From Marsupella aquatica (taxonomy: Eukaryota > Plantae > Marchantiophyta), in assembly GCA_973895155.1 (NCBI GenBank), contig OZ316891.1, forward strand, positions 19,307,048 to 19,371,047: DNA of 64,000 bases, read 5' to 3'. The notes beneath the pieces were generated by a model. The model was not told where the DNA came from, ran no database searches, and was given only the letters and a program-made list of their open reading frames with translations. Below are positions 38,781-51,859 of the stretch, in pieces. Each line of letters begins with the position of its first letter. Position 1 is the stretch's first letter. The translations under genes were made by a program, and so were the position numbers.

Positions 38781-39435
38781 ATGGGGCGCGGTGTTAGCAG
38801 TGGAGGAGGTCAGAGTTCTTTGGGATATCTGTTCGGAAGCGATTGCAACCCGGTCAATGGAGTGAAGGCACCCTCGGCCGCAGCTCTCGAGCAACAACAA
38901 ACTGCACGCCAAGCGAGTGCCGACGCGGCTGCTCATATCGCGAGGGAGGGCCCTCCTGCCGTGAGCCAAGCTCCTAAAGAGCTTCCTGCCGCAGGGAAGG
39001 CAGGAGATAGTGGAACCTCGCTCGATATGGGGGCCGCGAGACTTGGCAGGAACTCTAATAACTATCACCGCGCAGATGGCCAAAACACCGGCAACTTCAT
39101 CACGGTGAGCTTTGCTGACATTGTGCACTGGAATTTGTGCTTGCATTCTACCATTCTGCGTAGAGATTTTGTCCGCTCAGGGGACAATGTAGCCCATGCC
39201 AAAGCGGTTAGAGTTCCCCGTAGGGTGTGGATCTTCCATCCCCACGTCCCGACAAGTTCTTTTTGCTGCCGATATCCGTTAAGTGCTGCCATTGTCCTTC
39301 AAGGTTTTCTCCAGTCATGAGCGTTTGAACCTGACTGCCATTGCTCGTTCACTTTTTCAGGATCGTCCGTCCACGAAAGTTCACTCGGCTCCTGGAGGAG
39401 GGTCGTCATTGGGATATCTCTTCGGAGGAAATTAG
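38781..39435 (+). CDS. SP1L: SPIRAL1-like microtubule-associated protein, 2 exons
   Basis: Exon 1 38781-39104 (MGRGVSSGGGQSSLGYLFG...NNYHRADGQNTGNFIT). GT-AG intron. Exon 2 39361-39435 (DRPSTKVHSAPGGGSSLGYLFGGN*). Confidence 0.95.
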
Positions 39436-41043
39436 GCTCGAACTTGTACGCGATGTGGATTTATTTGTACTCGCCTCACTGCCGAGGTTTTATTTTCAGG
39501 TCCCTCTTCTTTAGAGGTTGTTACTGGGGTCCGTTTACCTCTAGCGCCTCTCTTGATCTTACGACAACCTTGCCATTTTAATCTCTAATCACTTAACTGT
39601 GGTGCCTAGGAGTTATTGTAGTGACTCCAAAAAAAATTTAGCTGTCAATTGTGAAGAGTTAGATCGTGTCCAACTTTACGTTGAATGAAGATCCGTCGGG
39701 TATCATTTATTTCTATGAAATGAAACCATTTTCCATGGAATCTGTTCAATACACTTTGGCGGACAACTGTATTACATTGTTATGAGAAATACAGTATATG
39801 TACAGGCTGGTCATTATACATTCAAGACTTGTTGTCATTCCTGTCATTCCTCGGTTTCATCTCGATATTCGAGCCCCACCGCCCGCCCCCGGGTTACCTG
39901 ATAGGTGTCTTGTTTCCCCATGTCATCTCTCTAAGTCCTATGCCAATTGTCTCAGTATGGCAGATTCCAGTCATTGAGGTTCAGTCCTTGTGGTGGTATT
40001 TTTGGATTTCGCGATTGCTGAATGTTGCCGCCTTCGTCCTTCGGTGTTTTTCTCGCCATGGCAATGTGGGCCTGAAAGATGAGACAGCATTGTTGCAGTC
40101 ATTGAGGTTCAGTACTTTTCGTGTTTTTTTTGGATTTCGTGATGGCTTTCTGTTGTCCCCTACGTTCTTCGATGTTTTTCTGGTTTTGGCAATGTGGTCG
40201 CCTTGAGGATCAAATAGCACCGGCAATCGTTGGCGTTGATGTTATCAAGCTTTGTCCAATTGTTGAACTTTGCTCCCTGTTCGACAGAGTCTTAGCTTGC
40301 TAACCCTGTCTTGCAGCAGTCAATTGTACACACTACGATTCAGGGACTTCGTTGAGTAGGTATATCGTACCGCGAGGAAGCTCAGCAGGATAGTTACTGA
40401 CCAGGTAGGACACTTCGCTGTCTTCTTTGAAGGAAGTGAAATTTAAGATCTAGTCAGTGGGGAAGTGACGTATTTCCCTGAGGCGTCGCACCCTGCCAAG
40501 CGATTCAGCAGCTGTCGTCTACGAGAATCTTTGAAGTGTTGCTACGCTTACAAGCTTCGAATGTCTGTCAGTTAGATCTCACTCCCTTAGCTCATCAGCG
40601 CTCATTATACGTAATCTTTGCGCTCATGTTTGCCACGCAAAATTCCTAGTATGGCATCATATTTGTGGACCTGTCTTGAACAGTTTCTGGTCAGCGCTCA
40701 TTCATGTAAACTTTTCAACCCATGAATGACACAAAACACCTCGAGTATGGCAGGTCCTGTTCTCTTTTAGCGGTGCAGAATATTTTGCAATTGCACAGAC
40801 CGCACCGACTGCCCGGTATGAGTGATGAGAGCAGTGGAAAGATTCCCGAATTGGGTAGGTGTATTCATCTATCCGTTCGGACTTTACTCCAATTGTCCTC
40901 CGAACGTGCTGTAGTGGAAAGACTGGCTGATCCAGATCCCACTGGTGTAATTGCTTCACTGTCGACCGTCTAAGGTACGGAAATTTAATTGTTGCCGACG
41001 CTTTCTTTTCGCCATTTGTCGAATACCTGTACTGCACGATAGT

Positions 41044-41180
41044 TCCAGTTCATTAATTGTCTTTAAAAGCAACTCCCACTGTGCTGCAGAAAGTCAGAAA
41101 CAGAAGGGATTAGAACCAGTTCATTAATTGTCTTGAAAAGCAACTCCCACTGTGCTGCAGAAACAGAAGGGATTAGAATA
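41044..41180. repeat. Tandem duplication, ~72-bp unit
   Basis: ccagttcattaattgtctt.aaaagcaactcccactgtgctgcagaaa...cagaagggattagaa occurs twice. Confidence 0.8.
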
Positions 41181-44100
41181 TAACGGTCTGCGACGGGATG
41201 ATGTCTTACAATTAATATGTTCTTCCATCGAAGCTGAAGCCCAGATGGACCAAGCTGGACCAAGCCGGAGAACCATTCACCCACCATGGCCTGTGATTCC
41301 TTTTACGGCACCATGTACTGTGACACCTTTTACACCCCCATGGCCTGTGACACCTTTTACAGTTGTGACATTTTACACCTCCACTTCTTGAGACAATAAA
41401 TTTTGGCCTTCAATAATATCTCCCTTGAGGTCAACAAATTTTGACCCTCAAAATCTCCCTTGAGGTCTAGCAGAATGGGTTTTTCTAGGGATGGAAAAAT
41501 AATTCCAATGAGTGTAATACATCCCAAAGTTTATCTCCCTCAATGTCCAACAGAATGGGTTGTTCTATGGATGGAAATCTTTCAATGATTCCAATACATG
41601 TAATTGTCATGAATTACTGGCACATTACACAGTTCTAAAGATAACTGGATCACTCCTGTCCACACAGTGTGCTTCCTAAAGCTTTTGAGCCATTAACTTT
41701 GACATTCGATGACTCCCTCGATATCCAATTGGATTATTTCCTTGAAATCCAATTGGATATATTAGAAGGCACTTATATTTTCCATGGAGAATTGAGAGAT
41801 GAGTGTCACATTTCACTCATGTGTAATATGTACTACATGAGAAAAAAGTGAGTTATGCTGAGGTCCATCCAGTTTGCAATCTGGGGTCAGTCTTGGGTTC
41901 TTCATTGTTGTATGCAACATGTTGTATTTGATTTTTGCCATGGAAACTCACTCAAATCCATTAATTAAGCAAAAGAGAGTACCAGGGTAGCTCACACAGG
42001 TAGATAAAACCCTTAGTTATGGTACACATTGTATGGTGAGTCTAAGATTCAAACGTATACTGTAATTCACAACCCAGTTCAATGACCTAGTGTGTAGGAG
42101 TGAATACATAGGTCATAATTTTTTTATTGTTTGTATGCTTAGCTTATGTATGTGAATAAGCACACGCATACCTTTCATGGGCGTTCTTGGTGGTAATTTT
42201 GTTTTTGATAATTAGATTATGCTTATGAGGAAGCACCACATACCCTTGCTGGGATACGGTGGTACATTATTCTGGCTCTCATATAAAGAAGAAGAAGAAG
42301 GTTCGCAACCCTTAATTATGGTACGTAAAGTATGGTCTAAGATTGACGTAGGGTATAAAGACGAAGAAGTCTTCAAAGCATGAAGAAATGAGAGAACATG
42401 ATTAAACACTAAGAGATTCCTTCCATCTGTGATTAAGTCTGCTTTGCTCCTGGAATCGAGTGAGAAGAGCAGATTAAATGGGCACCTCGTCGATCATGTC
42501 GCCGTCGATAGTGTGGCCGGGATTGCTATCCCCATCGGCGCATCGTGGCTAGCTTTCGGCTTTTCGGAGAATCAGGAATGTGGTTCCACCCGATTGCAAC
42601 CCTGATTGGAATTCTCTACATTTCGTGGTTGTATCAGATTTGATCACATCCTTGGTTGGCCCAGGGTGGCAACGGCAATCCACGCCTGTTTGACGTTGCG
42701 CATGTTGACGCGTGGAATACTGCATGGCACTCTGCTCTGTCGTCTGACTTTGGGCTCTGTTCAACGAATAGTGGGCTCACCTACACCGCATGAGTAGCGG
42801 CTGGCAACGGCGTTGTAATGCTCCAATTGTTTGAAGTGCAAGAGTGCAGGGCTGACATTGAAGAACCTTGTCGGAGACTAGTGATATCGGAGAACTGCAT
42901 CGCTAGTCTCGGACTGCATTTGACTGGATTGGGGGGACGACACACCGAACTAATTGGCCGTACTTTTCCTTCATAGTCACCCGCTTGAAATCCTTTGTAC
43001 GGTGGACAGGCAAAGAGTGAGAGAGAGAAAATTGCCATTCAGAGATTAGCCGTCATATCTGTACTGCTGCAGCAACGTTTCTGATTGTCACAACGCAGCC
43101 GGATTGATCATCCCTTCGAAATCCTATCCAGGTCGGTTGTCTGCTCGCTGAAGCGAAAGCTCCTGTAGTCGACCGGCGGCGTCAAATATGTCTCTCGACA
43201 ATCTAGTGCCCCGTCTTCGCCAAGCAAGCAAGCAAGCAGAGATGTAGGCGACAAGGTCCTCGTTTCCCACGAACATAATTGCGTCCAAGAAATTGCGATG
43301 GACTGGAGGAGAATCACAACAGTAGGCTGTGGGTATCTTGTGACGCAGCAACCTCGATTCGCCTTCCCCTCGCTTTTCCACAGAACTGCTCCGCCTGGTC
43401 ATCCAAAGTTCCTGTTGCAAACTCGAGCCGGCCCCCTGATTCGAAAAGCGGCGACGCTGCAAGAAAGCACCATTCCGGCAACGCGGTATCGAGCCAGCCC
43501 GTTCTGCATTCCCGTAGTTTCTGCCCATTGTTAGCTTTGCCAGTTGCCCAGTTCGCTCATTCTCTCGCAGCGGCGTGCTTTTCGCCGGCGGCTGTCGAAT
43601 GCGTCAACCTTCGTATACAGTGCCGATTTCTGTTTCCATGGCATTAAAGTTTTTCCGCAAACTCTGGCGTCGGGCGAGTGGTCTTCTGGGGGACTGGGGC
43701 ACTTTACAAAAAGAGCACAGGCTAAACTCTGGCATCCCGTGCGAGTGGCCTAATTGGGCACTTTATGGAACGAGCACTCGCAGTAGTTTGCCTTTTTTTT
43801 TCCCTTCACTCTCTCAATCTCCTCCACATTGGTGGGGGTGGGGATTTACAAAGAACGTGGAGGCAACTGTTCACCCATTGCAAATGTTTCCATATAGCTA
43901 AAGTTAAAACTTTACAAGGCCAGGGCCATGGATCCTTAGAAGTGCATTAATGGCACTGTCAGTGTCTCCATCTGCTGCCTGTAATATGGGCACATGATAT
44001 GGATGTAAATAGTAAGAACAGGCCCGTGACCAAAAAAGTTTGGTCACAAAAGTTGAACTATTGCAAATACCTTTCTTTAGTATTATATACTTTATTTTTC

Positions 44101-44602
44101 AAAATAATATGAGCAGATTCGTATATGGAGGGAAAAAAATTGGAGGCATTTTTGGGCCCCCACCACAAAAACATGGAGGCTGATTTGGGTTTACACAAAC
44201 CCCACACCAAATGGGATTCAGGCCAAACTCTTGAAACTTAGGAAAAAGATGGCCTAATTTCAGTTTGCAGTGGACGGGTAGCAGAGAGTCCAAAATAACG
44301 CAAATAGTGGGGGCACGAATGGTCACTGTTCAAACATTGCAAACTCCACTCAGATACTAAAGCTAAAAAATTTCACCCTTACTGTGTCAATGCAAGTCTC
44401 AGGATAGAAATGGACTGCTTGGTCCATTCTTTAGGGGTCAAGCTTTTGATAAAACAGCCTGGCCACATCGGCAAAAAAAGGGGATGCTTTTATGCCCCCA
44501 AGTTCGTGGAAAGTGAATTCCAACCATTTACACATCTGAATGCCTAGATTAAGGACCTGGGGTATCCTTTAATACGCGGGTCGACCATATATACGGTCAC
44601 CT

Positions 44603-47600
44603 TTATATCCCATTAAGGGATTAGCCCCGGTCCATAGCTGTTCGTTAAGGGAGGAAACACTGATACATCAGATTTTGGTGCTACATCCTTGCATCGTGCC
44701 AGTCCATTTCAGATCTACGGTCCACAAAAGCCGCGGATTAGGGCTCTGGAAGGGTGTATACTGGGAAGGGTGTAACCGGCAGTCGTCATTGTTCATCTGC
44801 AGCCCCGCTCGTCGTCCCGCTCATTGCTGTGGTCCCGCTTACCGCCGTGTGCATGGTTGAGGTCCTCGTCTGCAGCTGTGATTTGGCTGTGCAGATGCTG
44901 CTCGTCAATGCTGCTCGTCGATGAATGATTTGGGGCTGGTTCAGCTTTTGTTGCATTTGAGTTGCTTTTGAGTTGCGTTTGTTACTGTATGCTCACATGG
45001 ATGACTGTTTTGCATGCTGCAGACTTGCAGCGGTTGAATATATGCCAAACGTGGGGTTGCGTTGCAGTTCCACGTGAGTAAACTACATTGCAATCCTCAG
45101 GACCTTGAGACACATTGCATGAGATTTACGCAAGCACTTCAGGTCTAGGCGCCTACATCGGCATTGGTATTAGAACAGTGATCAAAATATGTACGTTGAC
45201 AGGGTGTTGTTGGGAAGCGCTCCTTCCAATTGGACTATATGTTTCTTGTTTATCAGATCGCTTCTCCGCTTTTGGAATTCGGGATACAGTTAGGCATTCA
45301 TCAACGCACCAGTGATCGATCGTTGCTGGCAGCCTATCGTTGATAACTTCCGCATCGCTCCACAGCAAGCATTGCTCGCCAACTATCGGTTGGTTATTTC
45401 ATGTTTGTCGCCTGCATTTGATGCCTGGATTATTATGCAACATTGAAGTCTCTATGTTCGTGTTTCTATGTCGCACTAGAGTCTGTATAACGATTTACGT
45501 TCGATGGTCCATTGTCGATCAGGAAATGTCTTCTCCATCATTCAGCATTGGCTTGTCTGCCTTTGCTATGGCTCCGAGCTCGAGCGCCAGTGGCAAAGAG
45601 GCCTGTTCAAACTTGTTGCCTGGTAGTTGGAACATTGACCAACCCTTTTCCGATGTGCCTAGTGATCAGAACGTTGAAGAGCAAACGCAAGCTCTGATTG
45701 ACACGCTGCATGCGGACATCGAGTCTATGAAGTTGGAGGCAGTAGTACCTAGCCAGGTTGTAGTGAGTGTGCAAGGACGAGCTTCTTTTGAGTTCCTAGA
45801 CGAGGATGAATCCTTCTAGCGAACCCTTGTCGAGGGTGGAGGGAATGCTTCTGCTTCTGTTGATAAATGGGCAAGGAATCGCCTAAACAAATTCCGTATG
45901 TTTAAGAGATTGAACACCATAGTTCTGCTTGAGGACCTATCAACACATGATTGCAGTAATCTGCTCACGAAGTTCTTTGAGCAAGTGACCAAGAAAGATG
46001 GAGCTCTATACCCAAGCCAGACCCTGATGGGCCTCTATCGTGCATTCCACCGAATCTTGCATCGAAAGCAAGAAGCTCGAATCCAGTAGTGAGGTAAGGA
46101 CGAGCCTATATTCTGTATGAGGAGTAGCCCTATGTTCAAGCAGGTTGGTGTTTCGTGTGTCTTGGCTATGGAACGCTCTCGAAGAGTTGGCGCTAACCAG
46201 CCTCGGAAGAAGGCTGCAATCATTACTCTCGCTGACGAGCACAGTATTCTTTCTCATTCTTGGACAAGTGTTTCACATCCAAGGGGCTTGCAACAAAGAG
46301 TTGTGTTTTTTCTACTCTGTCAATTCGCAATCCCTGGAGGAGCAGAGTTTAAGTTTGGTGAAGATGAAGCTGGAAGGTTCGTACAATATGATGAACGCTT
46401 GTCCAAGAACTACAAAGTGTCCTTGGATCGATACCAAGACAAACACTTCCGTCCTGCAGTGACTGAGCATGATCAGGACATGGTTGCAACACTTCAAACT
46501 CTGGTGGATCATCTGTCAGTGTCAGGTACATATTTGTTTATCAATCTATTGAATGATAGTCCCAGAACCCACGCTTGGTACTCGACATTACGTGTTTCTG
46601 CCAAGAAGTTGACAGGGTGTCTGAAGGAGATCCACAGAGAATGCGGGCTTGTTACTGATAGTGTCACTAACAAATCTGGAAGGACAACTTGTGTAACACG
46701 AATGTGCTTGGAGGGAGTGCCACTGAATGTTGGGATGCGAATCACTGGTCACAAGAGCCAGGGGGGGTATGTCCGATATGATCGATCGATTGAGGCCCAG
46801 GTTTGTGCTGCACAACGTTGTGTTGCTGGAGACGACAGTGTCTATGAGGACACTATGAAGGAAGAAACTGGCTTGTTCAAGAACAAAGTCATCAGTGGTA
46901 AACTTCCGATAGTAGAGGATGACGATTCGCCTACCAAGAAGTCTAAACTCAACTTGGATGATGCCTTTAGTGGTGAGTTAACAGTATTTGTATTTTGATG
47001 GTTTTGCAATTGCAGGCGGGATTGCAGGTTTCTAAGACAGGCATTAACTTTGTTGAGTGTTGATTTTGCAGATTTTACCAAGCCAATGGATGCACCTACG
47101 CCACCAGTTGGTACTCCAGGCCCTGAGGAGTCACCTGTGTCTATTCCAATGGTCCCAGTGGCTACTGTGGTCAATGACGTTGCAGCAGAGGCTGAACAGG
47201 TTTGAATCAAGATATTTTACCTATCGATTGTATATTGCTGGTTGATTTTTGAGTGGTTGAACCTTATCTAAACTCGCATGTATTCATCATGTGCAGGATA
47301 CTCCTGAAGTTGATGAGTCAATGAAAGAAGGCCCTGTTTTGTTTGAGGCTGTGAAAGAAGATCCATTGATCTTACAGATTGATTGGAAGGACTAGGACAA
47401 CTTTGGTTCCTGGTGGAACGAACAAAGCAGCAGGGTGTAGAATATTAATCCCGTCTCTGCTGTTCTTGGCCACATCGGGTCCCTCAACAATTGCACAGTG
47501 AACATCAGTATTGGGAAACTAAATAACTGAGTTACTAGATATGGTTGGACATTAGCATAGTGTAGTATGATGTCTGAAGCCTGCTTGGCACAGATATTTT

Positions 47601-47933
47601 CACCTGGATGTAAAAAGCTAGACAGTAGGATAGTATAGAGAAGTGCATGTCTGATTCCTCGACGCCCTAGTATATAGTGATTGGCATAGTATATAGATAT
47701 TGGCAAACAGATGCCTTGCGCGATTCCGCATTGTTTATAATTTCTATTACTTGAATAAAGTTTTCATCCCCACTGTGGGAGTTTCACCTTATATTATAAG
47801 ACTTCCGATTTTTGAACGTGTCTGGAATTTTGAATGTGTAACTTGTACACCTGTCTCAGCATACCCAGCTACGTACCCCGCGGGAAAAACTCAAACACCG
47901 TATAAATATGATCCTTTTTATAATGAGATATAA
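44603..47933 (+). mobile_element. Crypton-like tyrosine-recombinase DNA transposon (boundaries tentative)
   Basis: A 12/13 inverted pair, ttatatcccatta (44603-44615) and taatgagatataa (47921-47933), brackets a YR pseudogene. No RT, no LTRs, no clear TSD. Confidence 0.65.
45526..47530 (+). pseudogene. Crypton/DUF3504-type tyrosine recombinase, disrupted by in-frame stops, with two 3' introns
   Basis: ORFs 45340, 45898 and 46117 share one frame and are separated only by stops. Motifs: KWA...F; LLTKFF..V.KKDG..YP..TL; KA..IT..DE; P.GL...V.F.L...FAIPGG.E (expected R replaced by P); TNKSGR.T..T.M...GV....M.ITGHKS..G..RY. Putative exons 47072-47199 and 47298-47530 end in LNNCTVNISI. Confidence 0.82.
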
Positions 47934-50770
47934 TCAAGGGCAAAAACGCTAACGTGGCAGCAGCATAAACTCTAAAAAGAGAAATATCACACTGACGACC
48001 TTAAGGCACCTCAGATATAGGAAAAATATGTGTCTGGCGTCCAAGTTCTTGTAAAGCTCCCTTACATTTTATGGCCTGTTGCCAAAGTTCACTTACTTAA
48101 TGCACTTCCTAAATTTTCTCTATGAAGTTGTCGGTGCACTTATGGAGAAGAATGAATAGTCAAAAATGAAAATCTTTTAGGCAATAATAGTCCCTCAAAA
48201 CTCCAGCTTAAGCCCACTTTTCACTACATTATGATCACAATGCCCTCCAAACAAGACATCAGTATATTCAAAGTGGGAGTAACCCACCTGATATGAAAGG
48301 TCAGGTGTTGGAGGCCACTTGGCATATATGTATAACACTGGCAACAAGACAGAAACACCAAGTCCGGAGACATGGTCCCAAAGGCAAAAAGACCCAATAA
48401 GGCGGGGAGGGGGGAGGAAGGTAAGAAGGCCCCAAGAAGACCAACAGGTCCAATAAGCCAAGGAGTCCCCAGAACAAGGGAACAAACATAAAAACAAAGA
48501 ACCTACAAAGAATCTATGACTAGTACCCTATTGGGTGGAGAATTGAAAAATCTGATAGAGCTTGGGAGTAAACCGCATGGGAGAGTCACTAAATGGAATC
48601 TATATAGTGTTGTCTGTTTGTCTGTCTGTCAATTGTGCAGGGAGAAACAAAGGGTGATAAGGGAAATGGCTGGGTTAAAATTAAGAAATGCCACCTCCAA
48701 GAATCTAGGGTGACAAGCAAATTGGCCAAGTGGGGATAGAAAATGTAGCTTAAACCCAAAATGTCTAGATGAAAAGGACACACTATTCTGACAAGGGTAG
48801 AGGCTGTTGATTTCAGGGCGGCCTCTAGACAAAACATTCTTCCAGGCACCCCTATGAGGGCTTTTCTGGTAGCTTTTGGTATGGCTTTTGTTCTTTTGTC
48901 ATTGTAGGGGACTCTCTAGCAGTTTGGCTATGTCTCCTTCATGGGGTTTCATCCTCTATTATTCTCGCGTTTATTGAGTCTCACGCCTTTGGGGTCCTCT
49001 TCCTGGGTATGTTGCTTTCTGTTCTCTATAAAATCATAAATAGCACATTAAGATAGAATAGCCTCGCCTGGACAAATATATAATCTGGAGTCAATCAACC
49101 AAGGAAGGGATTTCGGACCGAGGGCGAGGGCGAGGGCGAGTGGAGGCTCTATGGAACCCTTCTCCACTACCAGCCCCCTCAGTCAGAGCCCCGCTTCACA
49201 GAGTGAGGCAAAAAGATGACACCGACAAGATTCTTTGCATTTGCATGGACTTTGCGATTATTCACTCAACGACGGCGGAATGTCAATCAGAGCGCTCGAT
49301 GATGATCTCTTTCTTTCCGTGACTCCATTTCCGAAGACGACGAAGGGATGGTCACCCGCCCGCTGCTGCTGAGTTGCTGTGTTCGGTAGCAATGACAATC
49401 GCACCAAAGGAGAGTAGCTGCGGATCATCGAGCGCGGAGGGAGGCAGGCAGCCCTCGTGAAAGCAAGGCGGAGGGAGGGAGGCAGCCCTCGTGAAAGGCG
49501 GAGGAAGAAACGATCCCGGATCGACCTACTACTGGAAACGAACGACATCATACCCTTTTCTCCCATTGCCGCCGTTGACGGATTCGAGTTTGCATGCAGG
49601 CAGGAAAGAACCGGTTGAAGAATGAGAAATTCACTGAGTGACCGAGCAAGTGAAAGTTTGATCGACTCGAATATGATTGGAATAATTGCAAAAGTTCACC
49701 ACGTCTGAGATGACATCATTAGACAGGACAGTAGGAAAACCCGGACAAGAGTTCACTAGGTAGATGAGTAGAACGATGGTGGAGACCGTCATTTAGGTAC
49801 GTTGTGATTGACCAGGATGTCGGCATAAGGCAGATGAAGTCCCAAGATTCTGAAATGGCTTCCAGCGCTCTACTATCTGCATAGTCCTGGAACAGCTTGC
49901 GCTATGACTCATTTGCTCAGATGTCGTTTCGACGTTCTTACTAATGGAAAGCAATCTCAGTGTTCCTAGTCCTGTATTAGTAGCAAAATTCTAGATAGTA
50001 ATCGCAGGCTGAAATCGTAAGAAGCAGTGTTGGAGTTCAAAATCGCTTGGAGCTACTAGTTCTTACTACCAAATTCACATTTGAACTCTGAGGTTTGAAC
50101 CAGCCGAATATTCCAGTCAGGCTTCCTGTTGTCTGCATTGCCATCGTCTACGTGCATGCTTGGCTTTTGGAGGTAACCAGAAACATGGCGGGCTGCAGCT
50201 GGGAGTCGTAAGATCTCGCCCACCACAAACCCACGGGGAATGGAGGATAGATAAGAAATTTGAGGTCAGTAGAAGTGGCCGGCAGCTGCAAATTTACAAC
50301 TTTGCAGCAGCCTAGCCGCCAGCATGTATTGTCAAATCTGAAAGAAACATGAATGTCGCAGGCGACCTAAGGAAAGGCCGACCAGCGGAATTCATCGAGG
50401 CTGAGTATGCAAGACATTGATCGTCTATTCAGTGGTGATTTAATTACAGTCTGTACTAGAATTCGCGAATTCTGGTCCGAGCCAGGGGCGTGTCGAGAAG
50501 TGCTTTTAATTTGTAGTCAGAATTTTGCCCTTAGAATTGACTGAATTTCCCGCTGGAATTCCTTCTACGAGTGAAACGAGAGCTCGAACCCCCACTGGAG
50601 AATCGCTTGCCGTGAATCAGAACAGAAACGCTTGTATCAGAAGCTCTAAAGTTCGTCCATCATCACACGAACTATCCATGCCATGATTATAAATTCATTG
50701 CGGTCCGTGAAGCCGTCCAATAAAAATTCGGTGAGCAGAGCTTATCGTTTGAGCTGATTCAAGGAGATAC

Positions 50771-51859
50771 ATGTGGCGTCGATTTCATTTCCAGTCGAGA
50801 GCGATAGATGCAATGACAATAAATTCGAGCCCTGGGTCTCCATATGGGGAGCAGGCGGATAGCAGCAAGAATATGGTGGCGAACGACAAGGTCATACTAT
50901 TGGCCACGGGGGCATTCTTCGGCCTTATGTTTTTGCTGTTCGGTATCCAGATCTACGTGAGATGTATCTGGCGGAGAATTGAAACGGAAGCCATGGGACT
51001 GGCGGAAGACTCCGAAGAGATGACTCGGACCGAAAACTACATTCGGGAGGTCGGTACGGGGAGGAGAAATTGGCGCCGGAGGCTTGATCACTATTTGGAC
51101 GAGCGGAACGACAGCTCCAGTCCCGCACAACAAATTAACTCGATCGGACTTGACAAATCCGTGCTGGAGCTTCTTCCAACTTTCATATTTAGTGAGGGCG
51201 CTGCGTCCAGGGACGAAATAGTGTGTGCAGTGTGTCTCGAGGAGTTCGTGGATGGCGAAAGTGGCCGTGTTATTCCCAGATGTAGCCACTGCTTCCACGT
51301 GCAGTGCATAGACATGTGGTTTCTCTCGCATTCCTCTTGCCCCCTTTGCCGCTGTGAAGTCACTTTGCCCTCCCCGGAAACTGTGTCCAGTACTCTTCTT
51401 CCAAACAACCAAAACTGTCCTGATCTTTCTCCCGACCGCTCGGAACAGCAGCAACAGGAGGCGCAGCCAAGTGCAACTCCTTCACTGGAATGTCCTCCAG
51501 TGTCGTCCTCTGCACCGGACGCTGAAAGTGCTTCAATAAATTCGAATAATGCGCTCTATTTGGAACGAGGATCCTCCTTGTCAAGGCGAGCAGCAGCTAT
51601 AGCGTTGGAGATATCTGATTATGAGTGCATTAATGTAACGGAAGAAGATCCCTCTATGTCGGCAGTCGGGGCACCGCGGCGGCTACAAGAGAACACTACA
51701 ACCGTGGCATCTTCCGCGTCGATAGGAAGTCCCCGTCATGCAAGGACGAGAAGCTACTTGGCAGTAGAGATCATCGCTGAATACCAACTGGACGCTACAG
51801 GCGCAATGTCACGGATAGATTCATCTTCCATCCAGGAGGTTCGTCTGCAGCCAGCCTGA
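50771..51859 (+). CDS. ATL-family RING-H2 E3 ubiquitin ligase, intronless
   Basis: N-terminal TM helix, GLD motif (GLDKSVLELLPTF) and RING-H2 CAVCLEEF...IPRCSHCFHVQCIDMWFLSHSSCPLCR. The start may be Met14 or a later Met. Confidence 0.93.
   Translation: MWRRFHFQSRAIDAMTINSSPGSPYGEQADSSKNMVANDKVILLATGAFFGLMFLLFGIQIYVRCIWRRIETEAMGLAEDSEEMTRTENYIREVGTGRRNWRRRLDHYLDERNDSSSPAQQINSIGLDKSVLELLPTFIFSEGAASRDEIVCAVCLEEFVDGESGRVIPRCSHCFHVQCIDMWFLSHSSCPLCRCEVTLPSPETVSSTLLPNNQNCPDLSPDRSEQQQQEAQPSATPSLECPPVSSSAPDAESASINSNNALYLERGSSLSRRAAAIALEISDYECINVTEEDPSMSAVGAPRRLQENTTTVASSASIGSPRHARTRSYLAVEIIAEYQLDATGAMSRIDSSSIQEVRLQPA

Noticed and set aside
38409-39146. 245-aa minus-strand ORF
   Set aside because: It is the antisense shadow of the GC-rich SPIRAL1-like exon and 5' UTR, with no domain features.
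42430-43780. GC-richer, transcript-like region with several short ORFs and a small hairpin near 42433-42477
   Set aside because: No recognisable protein motif and no match to conserved miRNAs that I could recall. It may be a lncRNA or small-peptide gene, but the sequence alone does not support a call.
50897-51454. 185-aa minus-strand ORF
   Set aside because: It is antisense to the ATL RING-H2 CDS.
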